A DNA stretch of 64,000 bases. Source: Butyricimonas sp. (GTDB lineage Bacteria; Bacteroidota; Bacteroidia; Bacteroidales; Marinifilaceae). Position numbers and translations under genes: made by a program. The stretch covers positions 46,911 through 110,910 of the forward strand of contig JAHZBN010000007.1 in NCBI GenBank assembly GCA_019423345.1, given 5' to 3'. This document shows positions 1-10,340 of this stretch, in pieces. Below the pieces are notes generated by a model that was not told the DNA's origin, ran no database searches, and worked only from the letters and a program-made list of their open reading frames with translations. Numbering within the stretch: the first letter of the stretch is position 1; each line of letters begins with the position of its first letter.

Positions 1-2
1 AA

Positions 3-513
3 ATGCGTGAATTGACGGAGAAATTACCAAATTTTCTGCTTGGCAAAGAACCATATTATAAGACAGAAGCGAGTTCTTTCTTCACAACTTTTTATAATCT
101 GAATTGGAATGAGAATGACAGAATATCAGTTGAAGAAGTAGCCAACAGGGTAAATAATACTCTTGAAAAAGATCCCGTGAATAGAGAAAAGTTCGGAGAG
201 ATTGCAGGAAACTCGGTGAATATCTTTGGAGTAAACGACAAAAGTTCGGAGAGTCCCCTGAAAGTTCGGAGAGCAAGTTCGGAGAGACTGCGGATAAGCC
301 TAAAAACATAGGAAGAACAGCACAGAAGATTATCGATTTCGTCATTTCCGATCCTTCAATGTCAGCCGAAGCTATGGCTTATAAAATTGGTATAAGTGCT
401 CGTGCCGTAGAAAAGCAAATCGCAAAATTGCGTTCTATGGGCATTTTGTCTCGTGAAGGTGCAGACTTTGGTGGATATTGGCGTATTGTAATTAATCCTC
501 AAACCGAAAAATA
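3..513 (+). pseudogene. 3' part of a RecG-like/AlbA_2-type ATP-binding transcriptional regulator, apparently frameshifted
   Basis: ORF 3..311 stops at 309-311. A second frame is open 185..513 and encodes the expected wHTH tail (KFGETADKPKNIGRTAQKIIDFVISDPSMSAEAMAYKIGISARAVEKQIAKLRSMGILSREG). Four copies of aagttcggagag start at 189, 242, 262 and 275 in different phases. Confidence 0.5.
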
Positions 514-721
514 AGTATATAGGAATACCTTTCGAAATCATTTGGAGTCATAATAGCCACCCTGCTTATTAGGTTATATCTTTTCGCTAAATATAAAAAG
601 GCATAATAACCATGAATCCTACAATGTAAAATTGCAATTCATGGATATGTATGATAAAAAAATCACGTTTTCGCAGTAGTTTTTCCTATTTCGGTTTATA
701 TATGTATAAAAAAGCATAGAT

Positions 722-1753
722 ATGAAGACTGAAAAAGATATAGAAGAAATTCTGGATAACGTGAAAATCCCTTCGGATGAAGAAGTGGAGGCCGCGGGAA
801 TGCGGTTTGACCGTCGGATACGTCGCCTGAGGATGCGTCGTCGCGTGATGTGGGCAACGGGTTCCGTGGCGGCAGTCCTGTGTTGCGGGTTAGTGTTTAC
901 TTCTTTGTGGATGAATAGAGGGGTAAAAGAAAATCTCGGCGTGGTGGGAATACCTCGTGTCCTTACAACGGATCATCAAGTTGTCGTGCCGACATTGATT
1001 TTAGCGGATGGCAACAAGTTGAACCTGAAAGAGAGGGAAGCGGATTCTACCGCGGGGAAATCGAATATCCGGATTACAGACGACCGGGTGATCTACGATA
1101 CCGTGCCTGCCGTGCGAGAAATCGTGTACAACAGGTTAATCATTCCAACCGGGTTTACCTATAACGTCACCCTTGCCGACGGGACAGAGGTAACGCTGAA
1201 TGCCGGGAGTAGCTTGAAATACCCGGAAATATTCGTCGGGAAACAACGGGAAGTGGAATTGTCGGGTGAAGCCTATTTTAACGTGGCAAAATCGGATATT
1301 CCTTTCGAGATAAGTGTCGGCGGTTCGAAAATCCGGGTCTATGGCACCCGTTTCAACGTGAAAGAACGTCCTCAAAAGACCATCGAAACCGTTTTGATCG
1401 AGGGGAAGATCGGTTTTAAATCCCCCGGTCACAAGGAAGTCCGGGTCAGTCCAGGGGAATTAGTGTCTTATGATATGACATCGACAGGTATCAAGATACA
1501 ACCCGTGGATGTACAGTACGCCACGGCGTGGTTAGACGGTGTGTTCCGTTACCGGGACAAACCTTTGGATCTGGTGTTGGAAGACATTTCTACTTGGTAC
1601 GGGGTCTCTTTTGAATCCCGGGAAGGACTGGATAAAATAGAAGTCACTATGAATCTAAATAAAACGACACCGATAGATGAAGTTGTGTCGTTCCTTGAAA
1701 GAGTAACGAATCGAAAATTTATAAAAGAAAGGGGGTATTACACCGTGCAGTAA
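722..1753 (+). CDS. FecR-family anti-sigma factor (single TM, periplasmic FecR domain)
   Basis: 343 aa. Has a TM segment (VMWATGSVAAVLCCGLVFTSLW) and FecR-type motifs (TLADGTEVTLNAGSSLKYPE, EVELSGEAYFNV, VYGTRFNV). Sits directly upstream of an STN-bearing SusC. Confidence 0.85.
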   Translation: MKTEKDIEEILDNVKIPSDEEVEAAGMRFDRRIRRLRMRRRVMWATGSVAAVLCCGLVFTSLWMNRGVKENLGVVGIPRVLTTDHQVVVPTLILADGNKLNLKEREADSTAGKSNIRITDDRVIYDTVPAVREIVYNRLIIPTGFTYNVTLADGTEVTLNAGSSLKYPEIFVGKQREVELSGEAYFNVAKSDIPFEISVGGSKIRVYGTRFNVKERPQKTIETVLIEGKIGFKSPGHKEVRVSPGELVSYDMTSTGIKIQPVDVQYATAWLDGVFRYRDKPLDLVLEDISTWYGVSFESREGLDKIEVTMNLNKTTPIDEVVSFLERVTNRKFIKERGYYTVQ

Positions 1754-1895
1754 ACATCCTGAATCAAAAAAATTATCCCGCCAGGCAGGATAATTTCATG
1801 TGAAATCGCTATCGAATAAAATTGAGCCTTTATCATAGCGACCGTCAAACAGTAAATCGAATTTACTATTTAAAATTAATTAGTACGACAAATTT

Positions 1896-4800
1896 ATGCA
1901 AAAAAATCACATCGGCGGTATTCATATCGCTAAAAAAATCGCGTTGTGCATATTCTTGGTATCCGCGACGCTAAGTGCTTTGCCAGAGAGTACTTTCGGG
2001 GCCACATCCAGTGTGTTTCAGGTCATACAGAAGAAAGTAACGATTTCGATGAAAAATGCCACGCTGGAAACAATCCTTGCCGAAATCAATCGGCAGGCAG
2101 GACTTGATTATGGTTTCCAAAGTAACGGGGCGGTAGATAAAAACCGGAGATTCACCTTAGAAGTAACGGATGTTACCGTGGAAGAAGCTCTTAATACATT
2201 ATTGAAAGATAGTCCGTATGACTATGTCTTAGAGAAAAACCGGATCGTGATCATCATGCGGGAAAAGAAACCTGTGCAATTGATTGCCGTGACCGGACGA
2301 GTTGTGGATGAGAAAGGAAATCCTATTCCCGGGGCATCGGTACTTATTCAGGGAACCACTCAAGGGGTAGCCACGGATACAGATGGGAATTACACGATCA
2401 ACGTGCACCCGACAGATGCTTTACGGGTTTCTTTTATCGGTTATAAGACGGAAGTCGTGCCGCTCAAAGGAAAAACGAAATTAAATATTCGTTTAAATCC
2501 CACGGCAGAGAATATCGAGGAGGTGACTGTTGTTGCTTTCGGGGAACAAAAAAAGGAGAGCGTCGTTTCGGCCATTACCACCGTGGACGCGAGGACTTTG
2601 AAATCTTCAAGTAGTGATTTGACCACTCAATTTGCTGGAAAAATTTCTGGTATGATCGGCTGGCAGACGGGAGGGATTCCCGGGGCTTTGACAGAGGACG
2701 AAATGAACACGAAATTTTATATCCGGGGTATTACTTCTTTCCAGACGGATGCTAACATCGATCCTCTAATTCTTATTGATGGGGTAGAATCTTCCAAGTT
2801 GGATCTTTCCCGTATGGTACCGGAAGACATCGAAACGTTCAGCGTGATGAAAGATGCTTCGGCTACCGCCATGTACGGGGCCCGCGGGGCAAACGGGGTT
2901 ATCCTGATTACTACGAAAAAAGGAGAAGAAGGAAGTGTTTATACTTCCGTGCGTTACGAAGCGGTGTTAAGTATGCCGACAAGAGAGATCGAGGTGGTGG
3001 ACCCCGTGACTTACATGAAGATGTACAACCGGGCATTACTCTCTCGCGACCCGGCTGCGACGCCCCAATATAGCGTGGAGCGCATCGATCGTACGGGTTC
3101 CGACCTGTATCCTTCCTTTGTATACCCGGCTAATGATTGGTACGATATTCTGTTCAAAGATTATTCTATTAATCACCGTGCAGGATTGAATATTCGGGGC
3201 GGTACTCGTTTAGTGCAATATTATGCATCGGTGAATTATGCCCGGGACGAGGGAATGTTGAAAACCGACCGCTTGAATCAGTTTAAAGTAAATATTGAGA
3301 ATAATACATTCTCTTTCCGTACGAACTTGAACATCGACCTAAGTGCCGGAATTCGCTTGAATATTAATACTTCTGCCAATTTGGATAAATATCGGGGACC
3401 TAGAGCGAATGTGCAAGAGGCTTACTATATGGCCTTCAACGTGTCTCCGGTAGATTTTGCAGCTATTTATCCGGCTGATGACACTTATAATTGGCCACAC
3501 ATTCGTTTTGGTGCCACAAATACGAAACCGAATGCCAATCCTTACATGGAGATTCATAAGGGATACACCGACCGTCGCCGTTATTCTGCGGTAGCGCGGG
3601 CAGAGTATATACATAATCTGTCACCCATTCTCAAGGGATTGGAGTTGCGGGCTTCCGTATCTCTGAACCAAGTTGGTTACTATTCTAACACGTATAATAC
3701 CAGTCCTTATAAATATAACTTAAAAAATTATAATTTCGAAACAGGTAAACACCAACTGACAGCGATACAACCGGATGGTTCATATAGGACTCTATCTAGA
3801 GAGTCTCAGGCAGAAGAGCGTAGCCAAACCACACAGATGAGTTACGAGTTGAGAGGTTTGCACGTGGCGGCTTGGGGTGACCACCAAACCAGTTTAACAG
3901 CCGTGCTCAGCGGACAAGAAACTACGTATTCGGAAGTAAAGACAGTGCTGGATGGAATTCCCCAACGGAACTTAGGTTTGGCGATGCGCGGAACCTATGG
4001 GTTTAAGGACAAATATTTTCTAGAGGCGAGTTTCGGTTACAATGGTTCCGAACGTTTCGCTAAAAAACATCGTTTTGGCTTTTTCCCCGCGGTAGGAGGT
4101 GCTTGGATTGCATCGAAAGAACCTTTCCTTGCCAATCATACCTCTCATTGGCTTTCGTTCCTGAAATTCCGTCTTTCTTGGGGACAAGTCGGAAACGATG
4201 GTATTATTACGAAACCGCGTTTCGCCCATTTACCTATTTTGGGATCAACGAGTGTGGGGCACCCCGGTAATTCAGGGAATCCAGTGGAGAGAGTTGTTGT
4301 CGAATCTTATCCGAATGACAAAATCACGTGGGAGATTGCCGAACAGGTGAATCTTGGAATCGAAGCAAAATTCTTTAATGGAATCGTGGAAATCAATGCT
4401 GATATTTATCAAGAAATCCGCCACAATATCATTGATTACCGCTATACAATGCCGGAGACAACCGGTTTGGAATATTTGCAAATCGGTAACGTGGGTAAAA
4501 CCCGTTCTCGGGGTATTGATCTTGCAGGTAAAATCCAACACGCTTTCTCTCCCGATTTTTGGATGATTTTGAACGGTACTTTCACTTACAATAAAGCGAC
4601 TTACCTAGAAATCGAGCAGGCTACCAACACACCGGAATGGCAACGGAAAAAAGGCAAAGAAATATCACAGAGAATAGGTTACATTGCTGAAGGACTCTTC
4701 CGAGGACAGGCTGAAATCGACAATTCTCCGAATCAGGGGGGAACTGGAATGACGATGCCGGGAGATATTCGATATCGTGATATAAATGGAGATGGCACAA

Positions 4801-5354
4801 TCGATGTGAATGATGCCACGTATATTGGTTTTCCAACCACGCCTCGTGTAATTTACGGTTTTAGCGGTACTTTCCAATATAAAAACGTTGAATTTAATTT
4901 CTCTTTCCAAGGATCGGGTAAGCGTGCATTTTTTATGGACCCGATGAAAATCGGTCCGTTCGTGAACGATCGGGCGATGCTGAAAGCAATTTATGATGAC
5001 CACTGGAGTGAGGACAACATGAAAGAATGTCCTTTTTGGCCGCGCCTTTCTACGCAAGCCATTAATATGCATAATCCGCAAGAGAATTGGTATAGTAACA
5101 GTGCAGAACCTCGTTTTTCGACCTATTTTATGCGGAAATGCAGTTTCTTGCGTTGTACGGCTATCGAAGTGGGGTATAATCTCCCCCGGAAGGTACTTGA
5201 TAGATTAAAAATACAGAGCGTAAAGTTTTATACTCGTGTCAATAACCCCTTCCTAATTACTAATTTCAAGGTGTGGGACGTGGAGTTAGGTGACAACGGG
5301 TTCAATTACCCCATACAACGCACGTGGTCGGCCGGGTTGAATATCAGTTTCTAA
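1896..5354 (+). CDS. SusC/RagA-family TonB-dependent transducer (STN domain + carboxypeptidase-regulatory-like domain + plug + barrel)
   Basis: 1152 aa. STN-like VTISMKNATLETILAEINRQAGLDYGF; CarbopepD-like VTGRVVDEKGNPIPGASVLIQGT; plug with FSVMKDASATAMYGARGANGVILITTKKG; C-terminal aromatic residue (…GLNISF). Confidence 0.9.
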   Translation: MQKNHIGGIHIAKKIALCIFLVSATLSALPESTFGATSSVFQVIQKKVTISMKNATLETILAEINRQAGLDYGFQSNGAVDKNRRFTLEVTDVTVEEALNTLLKDSPYDYVLEKNRIVIIMREKKPVQLIAVTGRVVDEKGNPIPGASVLIQGTTQGVATDTDGNYTINVHPTDALRVSFIGYKTEVVPLKGKTKLNIRLNPTAENIEEVTVVAFGEQKKESVVSAITTVDARTLKSSSSDLTTQFAGKISGMIGWQTGGIPGALTEDEMNTKFYIRGITSFQTDANIDPLILIDGVESSKLDLSRMVPEDIETFSVMKDASATAMYGARGANGVILITTKKGEEGSVYTSVRYEAVLSMPTREIEVVDPVTYMKMYNRALLSRDPAATPQYSVERIDRTGSDLYPSFVYPANDWYDILFKDYSINHRAGLNIRGGTRLVQYYASVNYARDEGMLKTDRLNQFKVNIENNTFSFRTNLNIDLSAGIRLNINTSANLDKYRGPRANVQEAYYMAFNVSPVDFAAIYPADDTYNWPHIRFGATNTKPNANPYMEIHKGYTDRRRYSAVARAEYIHNLSPILKGLELRASVSLNQVGYYSNTYNTSPYKYNLKNYNFETGKHQLTAIQPDGSYRTLSRESQAEERSQTTQMSYELRGLHVAAWGDHQTSLTAVLSGQETTYSEVKTVLDGIPQRNLGLAMRGTYGFKDKYFLEASFGYNGSERFAKKHRFGFFPAVGGAWIASKEPFLANHTSHWLSFLKFRLSWGQVGNDGIITKPRFAHLPILGSTSVGHPGNSGNPVERVVVESYPNDKITWEIAEQVNLGIEAKFFNGIVEINADIYQEIRHNIIDYRYTMPETTGLEYLQIGNVGKTRSRGIDLAGKIQHAFSPDFWMILNGTFTYNKATYLEIEQATNTPEWQRKKGKEISQRIGYIAEGLFRGQAEIDNSPNQGGTGMTMPGDIRYRDINGDGTIDVNDATYIGFPTTPRVIYGFSGTFQYKNVEFNFSFQGSGKRAFFMDPMKIGPFVNDRAMLKAIYDDHWSEDNMKECPFWPRLSTQAINMHNPQENWYSNSAEPRFSTYFMRKCSFLRCTAIEVGYNLPRKVLDRLKIQSVKFYTRVNNPFLITNFKVWDVELGDNGFNYPIQRTWSAGLNISF

Positions 5355-5366
5355 ATTTAAATATAC

Positions 5367-7292
5367 ATGATGATGAAAAAATATTTATTATCTATACTTT
5401 GTGGCCTTTTTCTGTTGCCTGGGTGTAATTATCTCGATATGGTTCCGGAGAAAGACATTGAAACGATAGAATCGGTTTTTGAGCAACGAACGAAAGTGGA
5501 GAAATGGTGGTTGGGACTCTATTCGGATTTGATGACTGTAGTAACGAGTGCTAATAATCTCGCTTTCATGGGAGCCGATGAGTTTACGCCTAGTCCTGTT
5601 TTATACACTGCAAACTATGCAATGCCCGGTTTTTTAGTGGCAAACGGTCAGCAGATGTCACAAGAGCCTTACGGGAATATATGGCTGAGTATGTATCGAC
5701 TTATCCGAAGGGCTAATGTTTTTCTTGAGAATATCGACAACACGTACAATATGACGGAAGAGACTAAAGCCTGGTGGAAAGCAGACGTGAAGGCACTGAA
5801 GGCGTATATCTACTTTGAATTGCTTCGTACTTATGGCCCTATTTGCTTGATTCCGCAAAATATGCCTGTGGATTTGGAGGTGGAAGATTACCAATTGCCG
5901 AGGCAACCGGTGGATACCTGTTTCAAAGAGATTGTCCGGTTGCTAGACGAGGCCGAACCTGATATTCCGAGACACTCCCAACGGGATGCATTCTATGGGT
6001 TCTCTTTTACGAAAGAAGCTGTTGCTGCTTTGAGAGCCAAGGCGTTAGTTTATGCTGCTTCTCCACTTTTCAACGGGAATATATTTTATGCCAATTTTAA
6101 GAACAAGAACGGGGAATTGCTTTTTAATACTAAATATGACCGGGAAAAATGGAGGTTGGCCGCGGAAGCTGCCGACAAGGCGGCTGAAATTTGTGCGGAG
6201 GGAGACCGGGAGTTTCCGGCGAAAGGAAGCGGTAAGAAAACCACTCTTTTGAACCACATGGATGATATCGAGCAAAGCACGTACTCTATGTTCAATAATA
6301 AGGAATATCTTTTGGAGTGGAAAGGTGGAATGCCTAGAATATATACATATATTCTCCCGCGTTTGGAGGGTGATGACAATCATTTCGAATCTCTTGTATA
6401 TGGTTGTCTCTCTCCGTCCATGAAAATGGTGGAGATGTATTACACGGAAAACGGTTTACCTATAACCGCAGATGCTTACTGGAATTATGGTAACCGATAT
6501 AAATTAGGGTCAGAGAGTGCTCAGTCTTATGAGGGAGTGGTTCCATTGAATACCGATGTAATAAGACTTCATTTGCGTCGGGAACCCCGTTTTTATGCCT
6601 CCATTGCGGGAGACCGGATGTATTGGCAGCGAGGACTAAACACGCAGAACCGAGATAACAATTTGCTCGTGCAGGCACACAAGGGTGAAATACCTTGGGG
6701 GACCCAAAAAGACGTTATTGTCAGCAATGATTACCAGAACATCAGTGGTTACTGGTTGAAAAAATGGATTTATTCGTGGATTCCTACTAAAATGTATTAT
6801 CAAGGTATAACGAATGAGACTATGGCCGTTCTTCGCTTGTCAGAAGTGTATTTGATGCAAGCGGAAGCTTGGAACGAATACTTAGAGTCTCCGGATGAAG
6901 AACACGTGTACAAACCGTTGGATAAAGTACGTGTTCGGGCTGGAATTCTTCCGGTACAGGAAGCTTGGAAGAACTATTCACTGAATCCCGGAAAAGTGGA
7001 TACGAAAGAGGGGATGCGGGACATCATACGCCAAGAGTATAACATCGAGTTCGCTTTCGAAGGGCATCGCTACTGGAATATTCGTCGTTGGATGACCGCT
7101 CAGCAGGAGATGAACGGGAAAGCATACGGTTGGAATATTCTCGGAACAACGGCCAGTACATTCTATAATAACGAGAATGGACCGGTTGAGGTGGGACGTA
7201 GTTATAAATTTATTGCTCCCCGAGATTATTTTACACCTTTCAAAGCCGAGGAGATTTTGATCTCTGGAATGAAACAAAATCCGGGATGGTAA
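5367..7292 (+). CDS. SusD/RagB-family nutrient-binding outer membrane lipoprotein
   Basis: 641 aa. Lipobox (LLPGC), immediately follows SusC, SusD-type C-terminus (EFAFEGHRYWNIRRW … MKQNPGW). Confidence 0.85.
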   Translation: MMMKKYLLSILCGLFLLPGCNYLDMVPEKDIETIESVFEQRTKVEKWWLGLYSDLMTVVTSANNLAFMGADEFTPSPVLYTANYAMPGFLVANGQQMSQEPYGNIWLSMYRLIRRANVFLENIDNTYNMTEETKAWWKADVKALKAYIYFELLRTYGPICLIPQNMPVDLEVEDYQLPRQPVDTCFKEIVRLLDEAEPDIPRHSQRDAFYGFSFTKEAVAALRAKALVYAASPLFNGNIFYANFKNKNGELLFNTKYDREKWRLAAEAADKAAEICAEGDREFPAKGSGKKTTLLNHMDDIEQSTYSMFNNKEYLLEWKGGMPRIYTYILPRLEGDDNHFESLVYGCLSPSMKMVEMYYTENGLPITADAYWNYGNRYKLGSESAQSYEGVVPLNTDVIRLHLRREPRFYASIAGDRMYWQRGLNTQNRDNNLLVQAHKGEIPWGTQKDVIVSNDYQNISGYWLKKWIYSWIPTKMYYQGITNETMAVLRLSEVYLMQAEAWNEYLESPDEEHVYKPLDKVRVRAGILPVQEAWKNYSLNPGKVDTKEGMRDIIRQEYNIEFAFEGHRYWNIRRWMTAQQEMNGKAYGWNILGTTASTFYNNENGPVEVGRSYKFIAPRDYFTPFKAEEILISGMKQNPGW

Positions 7293-7359
7293 ATGAATTT
7301 ACGATTTATGATTGTAGATTTTGGATGTACGATTGTAAGAATTTAATTCTAAAAATAAG

Positions 7360-8715
7360 ATGATGAAGAATTCGATATGGATTTTATTATTGATGTTCGG
7401 TTTGTCGGCCTGCAACGATGATGACGTTGTTTTCACGCCGTTGACCGAAGGGTTGGAAATCAAATTTACACCCGTGGCAGGTGGTGCGATGATGTACTAT
7501 TCGCTGCCGAATGACAGGGATATATTTGCTATGAATGTTCGTTATAAAAACTGGCAAGGACGTGATGTGTTGAAAGTTTGTGATTACGGGAGCGATTCAC
7601 TCCTGCTGGATGGTTTTATGGAGAAGAAGGAGGTTGTTGCCCGAGTCTCTTTTGTCAATCACCGCCGCGAGGAGTCTGCATCGCAGGAGTATAATTTTTC
7701 TACACTTCCCAGTGCACCTTGGGCATTTTTCGAGGATCTTGAAGTGAGCTCAACTTGGAATGGTTTTCAGGTGGCCTATCAAACTTCTGGAGTAGCCACA
7801 GGGATGGCCCATGTTTTTTACTTGGGAGAAAATCCGTTGACTCATCGACCGGATACGATACCGGTTAGTAGTTTCCCAATTACTCAAGGGGGTGATACAG
7901 TTAAATTTGAACTGGATCGGAAATTAGAGAAGTATACGGTGGTTGTCCGCACGGAAGATTTCCAGGGATATCGGGTGAAACAGGAAATTTATCCTGACAT
8001 TGACGCTTTCCTAACCGAACAATGGACGGTAACGGCTGATGATTTCAATACCGGAGGGCTCTCCGTTGAGAATGAGAATGCGAAGACGGGCGTGAAATAC
8101 CTGTTCGATGGAGACTTGAAAGGAAAAGAACGTATGGATTATTTCCTTTCCGCATCGGGTCCCAATTTCCAGTTTACTGGTTATGACGTATATGGGACTT
8201 TTTTGGCGGGCCCCTATGCTTTTGACAAACCGATGGTGCTTGATTTGAAAGAGCAGAAAACTCCGGCTTGGGTTCGTCTGTACGCCCTTGTTCCCACGAA
8301 AGCTGGGCACGCTCAAGGTCCTGTGGAATTAGGCACGGTATGGCTTGGATGGTATGATGACAAATTACCCTGTAACCTATCGGTGTATGGCAACAGTACA
8401 ACAGCAGATCCGGATGCCGCGGGATGGGTATACTTGGGTGGTTTGAACCAGAATCCGAATGCTGAAACGGTTAATGACAAGTGGAGTTATCGTCATATAG
8501 AGAAAAACGTCAACCTTCCGAAAACGATGGAGGAATTCGATGATGCAGAGCCATTGTTCGTGGATGTTTTATTCCCTGTGGAGGATAATACGTATCGTTA
8601 TCTGAAAATAATAGTACATCAAACATTTGAAACAAAACCGTATCCGGTGGCAATGCCTAATACAAACAAGTATATTACTTTGCATGAGTTGGAGGTTTTT
8701 GTAAAAAAGAATTAA
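7360..8715 (+). CDS. surface lipoprotein of the DUF4959/DUF5126/DUF5000 type with a discoidin-like C-terminus (family call tentative)
   Basis: 451 aa. Lipobox LSAC. N-terminal pattern GGAMMYYSLPNDRDIFAMNVRY…DGF matches my memory of the DUF4959 family. Third position of a SusC/D locus. Paralogue at 27804. Confidence 0.55.
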   Translation: MMKNSIWILLLMFGLSACNDDDVVFTPLTEGLEIKFTPVAGGAMMYYSLPNDRDIFAMNVRYKNWQGRDVLKVCDYGSDSLLLDGFMEKKEVVARVSFVNHRREESASQEYNFSTLPSAPWAFFEDLEVSSTWNGFQVAYQTSGVATGMAHVFYLGENPLTHRPDTIPVSSFPITQGGDTVKFELDRKLEKYTVVVRTEDFQGYRVKQEIYPDIDAFLTEQWTVTADDFNTGGLSVENENAKTGVKYLFDGDLKGKERMDYFLSASGPNFQFTGYDVYGTFLAGPYAFDKPMVLDLKEQKTPAWVRLYALVPTKAGHAQGPVELGTVWLGWYDDKLPCNLSVYGNSTTADPDAAGWVYLGGLNQNPNAETVNDKWSYRHIEKNVNLPKTMEEFDDAEPLFVDVLFPVEDNTYRYLKIIVHQTFETKPYPVAMPNTNKYITLHELEVFVKKN

Positions 8716-8718
8716 GCT

Positions 8719-10287
8719 ATGAACAAGAGAAAATATATAATCAACTTATTATTGGCAATGGTAGCTTTGTTGGCGGGTTGTAACGAGAGTTTGGAGGATA
8801 CCTATAGCGACTATGCCGGTGATGGAAAAATTCGTTACGTGGCAAAATGCTCCGATTTAGATGTTGTTCCGGGATGGGAACGATTAATGCTCAGTTGGGT
8901 AAATGGTACAGATGCCACGATTGATAAAATAAAGGTGGCGTGGATGTTTGAAGGTCAAAGAGATTCGGTATATCTTCCGGGTACGGCTACATCTTACGAG
9001 TTGACAAACTTGGTGGATGGGACATACCAATTTTACGTGAGTGCCGTGGATAAATTTGGAAACGAATCTTTGGTGGAGACGTATTCCGGACGGCCTTATA
9101 CGCGGGATCATGAGTTGATGCGATCTTTCTCGAGAGGGATTCTCAAGTCCTTTTTCGTGAATGGGAAGATGATTTTCTTTTCTGACCAGTATAGTGCCAA
9201 TATTGTGGAAATAAAACTACAATATAAAAACTCCGGGGGAGAGACAAAATACTATGAATTCGAGAATCCGTCCAGTTACGATGCTTTAATCACCATAGAT
9301 GACGTGAGTATGAATCCGGCTGACTCGGTTTATATTCTTAGAAAAGGGACGTTGGAAAACTCTCCTGATACGGTTGTCCTTGATCCGGTGACGATTAATC
9401 GGAAGAAAAATTTCAGTGCCGGGTTCGTGCATGCTATCACGGCACGTTATGGTTATTCAACTGAAACACAAGAGAAAGAAGATGCATTTTTGGAATTTAT
9501 TGAAAATGTGGAGGAACTGGAATTGGATTATTCCATCGAATCCTTGGAAGATATACTTTTTTGTACCAATTTGAAGAAGCTTGTGGTGGGTAAGAATCGG
9601 CATTTTGTTTCTAAACAAGTTAATTCACAGGATAAAAGTCTGATACTTAAGTCTCCGGAAAAGAGTTACGCCATTCTGGAAAAAGCGGCTGAAGCGGATG
9701 TGTTGGGTTTGAAGGTTGATTACTATGGTCATAATACGGTTAGTACAATGCATTATTTCAATAAGGTGTATCCGTTTATGACGTATATGGGGTATTCTGC
9801 AGTTCCTGATGATTTAGAGATTATACCGGCGTCAGCCTTAAAGGAAAATGAGAATGGCGATAAGGTTTATTGTGACGTAGATGATGTTTACATGGATTGG
9901 GATGCTCTGGTAGATGGGAATGTAGCGACCGCGTGGTCAACTAGTACGCAACAAGAGATGCGAACTTATGAAATGTATATGGAATTAAAGGAGACAACTT
10001 CGATCAGGGGGATCAAGGTAACGCAGATTCAGACCGCAAGTGATAGAAGTGCACGGTATTTCATGCCGGAAATGATTGTTGCACAGACATCTGCTGATGG
10101 GGCAGTTTGGAAGGATGTAACCTTTTTGGAAACGAATGAATTGGGACGTGCCCTAGGTGAAGCAACCTTGTTGAAGATGCCTGAGGGCTCTCGAGATGTG
10201 AGGTATGTTCGGCTTACGTTGCGTGACGGTATTGATCTGAGTGGCAACTGGGCGTGCAGATTGGGAGATATTGTTCTTTACAAGTAA
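8719..10287 (+). CDS. surface lipoprotein, DUF4998-like N-terminus with a C-terminal F5/8 type C (discoidin)-like domain (tentative)
   Basis: 522 aa. Lipobox LAGC. N-terminal YAGDGKIRYVAKCSDLDVVPGWERLMLSW. C-terminal ATAWST…RYVRLTL pattern. Paralogue at 29150. Confidence 0.5.
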   Translation: MNKRKYIINLLLAMVALLAGCNESLEDTYSDYAGDGKIRYVAKCSDLDVVPGWERLMLSWVNGTDATIDKIKVAWMFEGQRDSVYLPGTATSYELTNLVDGTYQFYVSAVDKFGNESLVETYSGRPYTRDHELMRSFSRGILKSFFVNGKMIFFSDQYSANIVEIKLQYKNSGGETKYYEFENPSSYDALITIDDVSMNPADSVYILRKGTLENSPDTVVLDPVTINRKKNFSAGFVHAITARYGYSTETQEKEDAFLEFIENVEELELDYSIESLEDILFCTNLKKLVVGKNRHFVSKQVNSQDKSLILKSPEKSYAILEKAAEADVLGLKVDYYGHNTVSTMHYFNKVYPFMTYMGYSAVPDDLEIIPASALKENENGDKVYCDVDDVYMDWDALVDGNVATAWSTSTQQEMRTYEMYMELKETTSIRGIKVTQIQTASDRSARYFMPEMIVAQTSADGAVWKDVTFLETNELGRALGEATLLKMPEGSRDVRYVRLTLRDGIDLSGNWACRLGDIVLYK

Positions 10288-10293
10288 ATAGCC

Positions 10294-10321
10294 ATGGACG
10301 ATCGTTTTTACGGTCGTCCAT
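10294..10321 (+). other. intercistronic stem-loop (11-bp stem incl. one G-U, 6-nt loop), no U-tract
   Basis: atggacgatcg/ttttta/cggtcgtccat, between the stop at 10287 and the ATG at 10341. Confidence 0.45.
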
Positions 10322-10340
10322 CGAATACAACAAAGAAACT

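Noticed and set aside
1754-1895. Shared ECF-type promoter upstream of the two SusC genes (compared with 22201-22350)
   Set aside because: Apart from the common acaaatttatg start context and a hairpin after each FecR gene, I could not find a convincing shared -35/-10 pair by eye. No promoter is called.
10254-10340. Upstream start for the TldD/PmbA gene overlapping the preceding gene
   Set aside because: It overlaps the upstream CDS by 34 nt and spans an intergenic hairpin. The ATG at 10341 gives a proper signal peptide.
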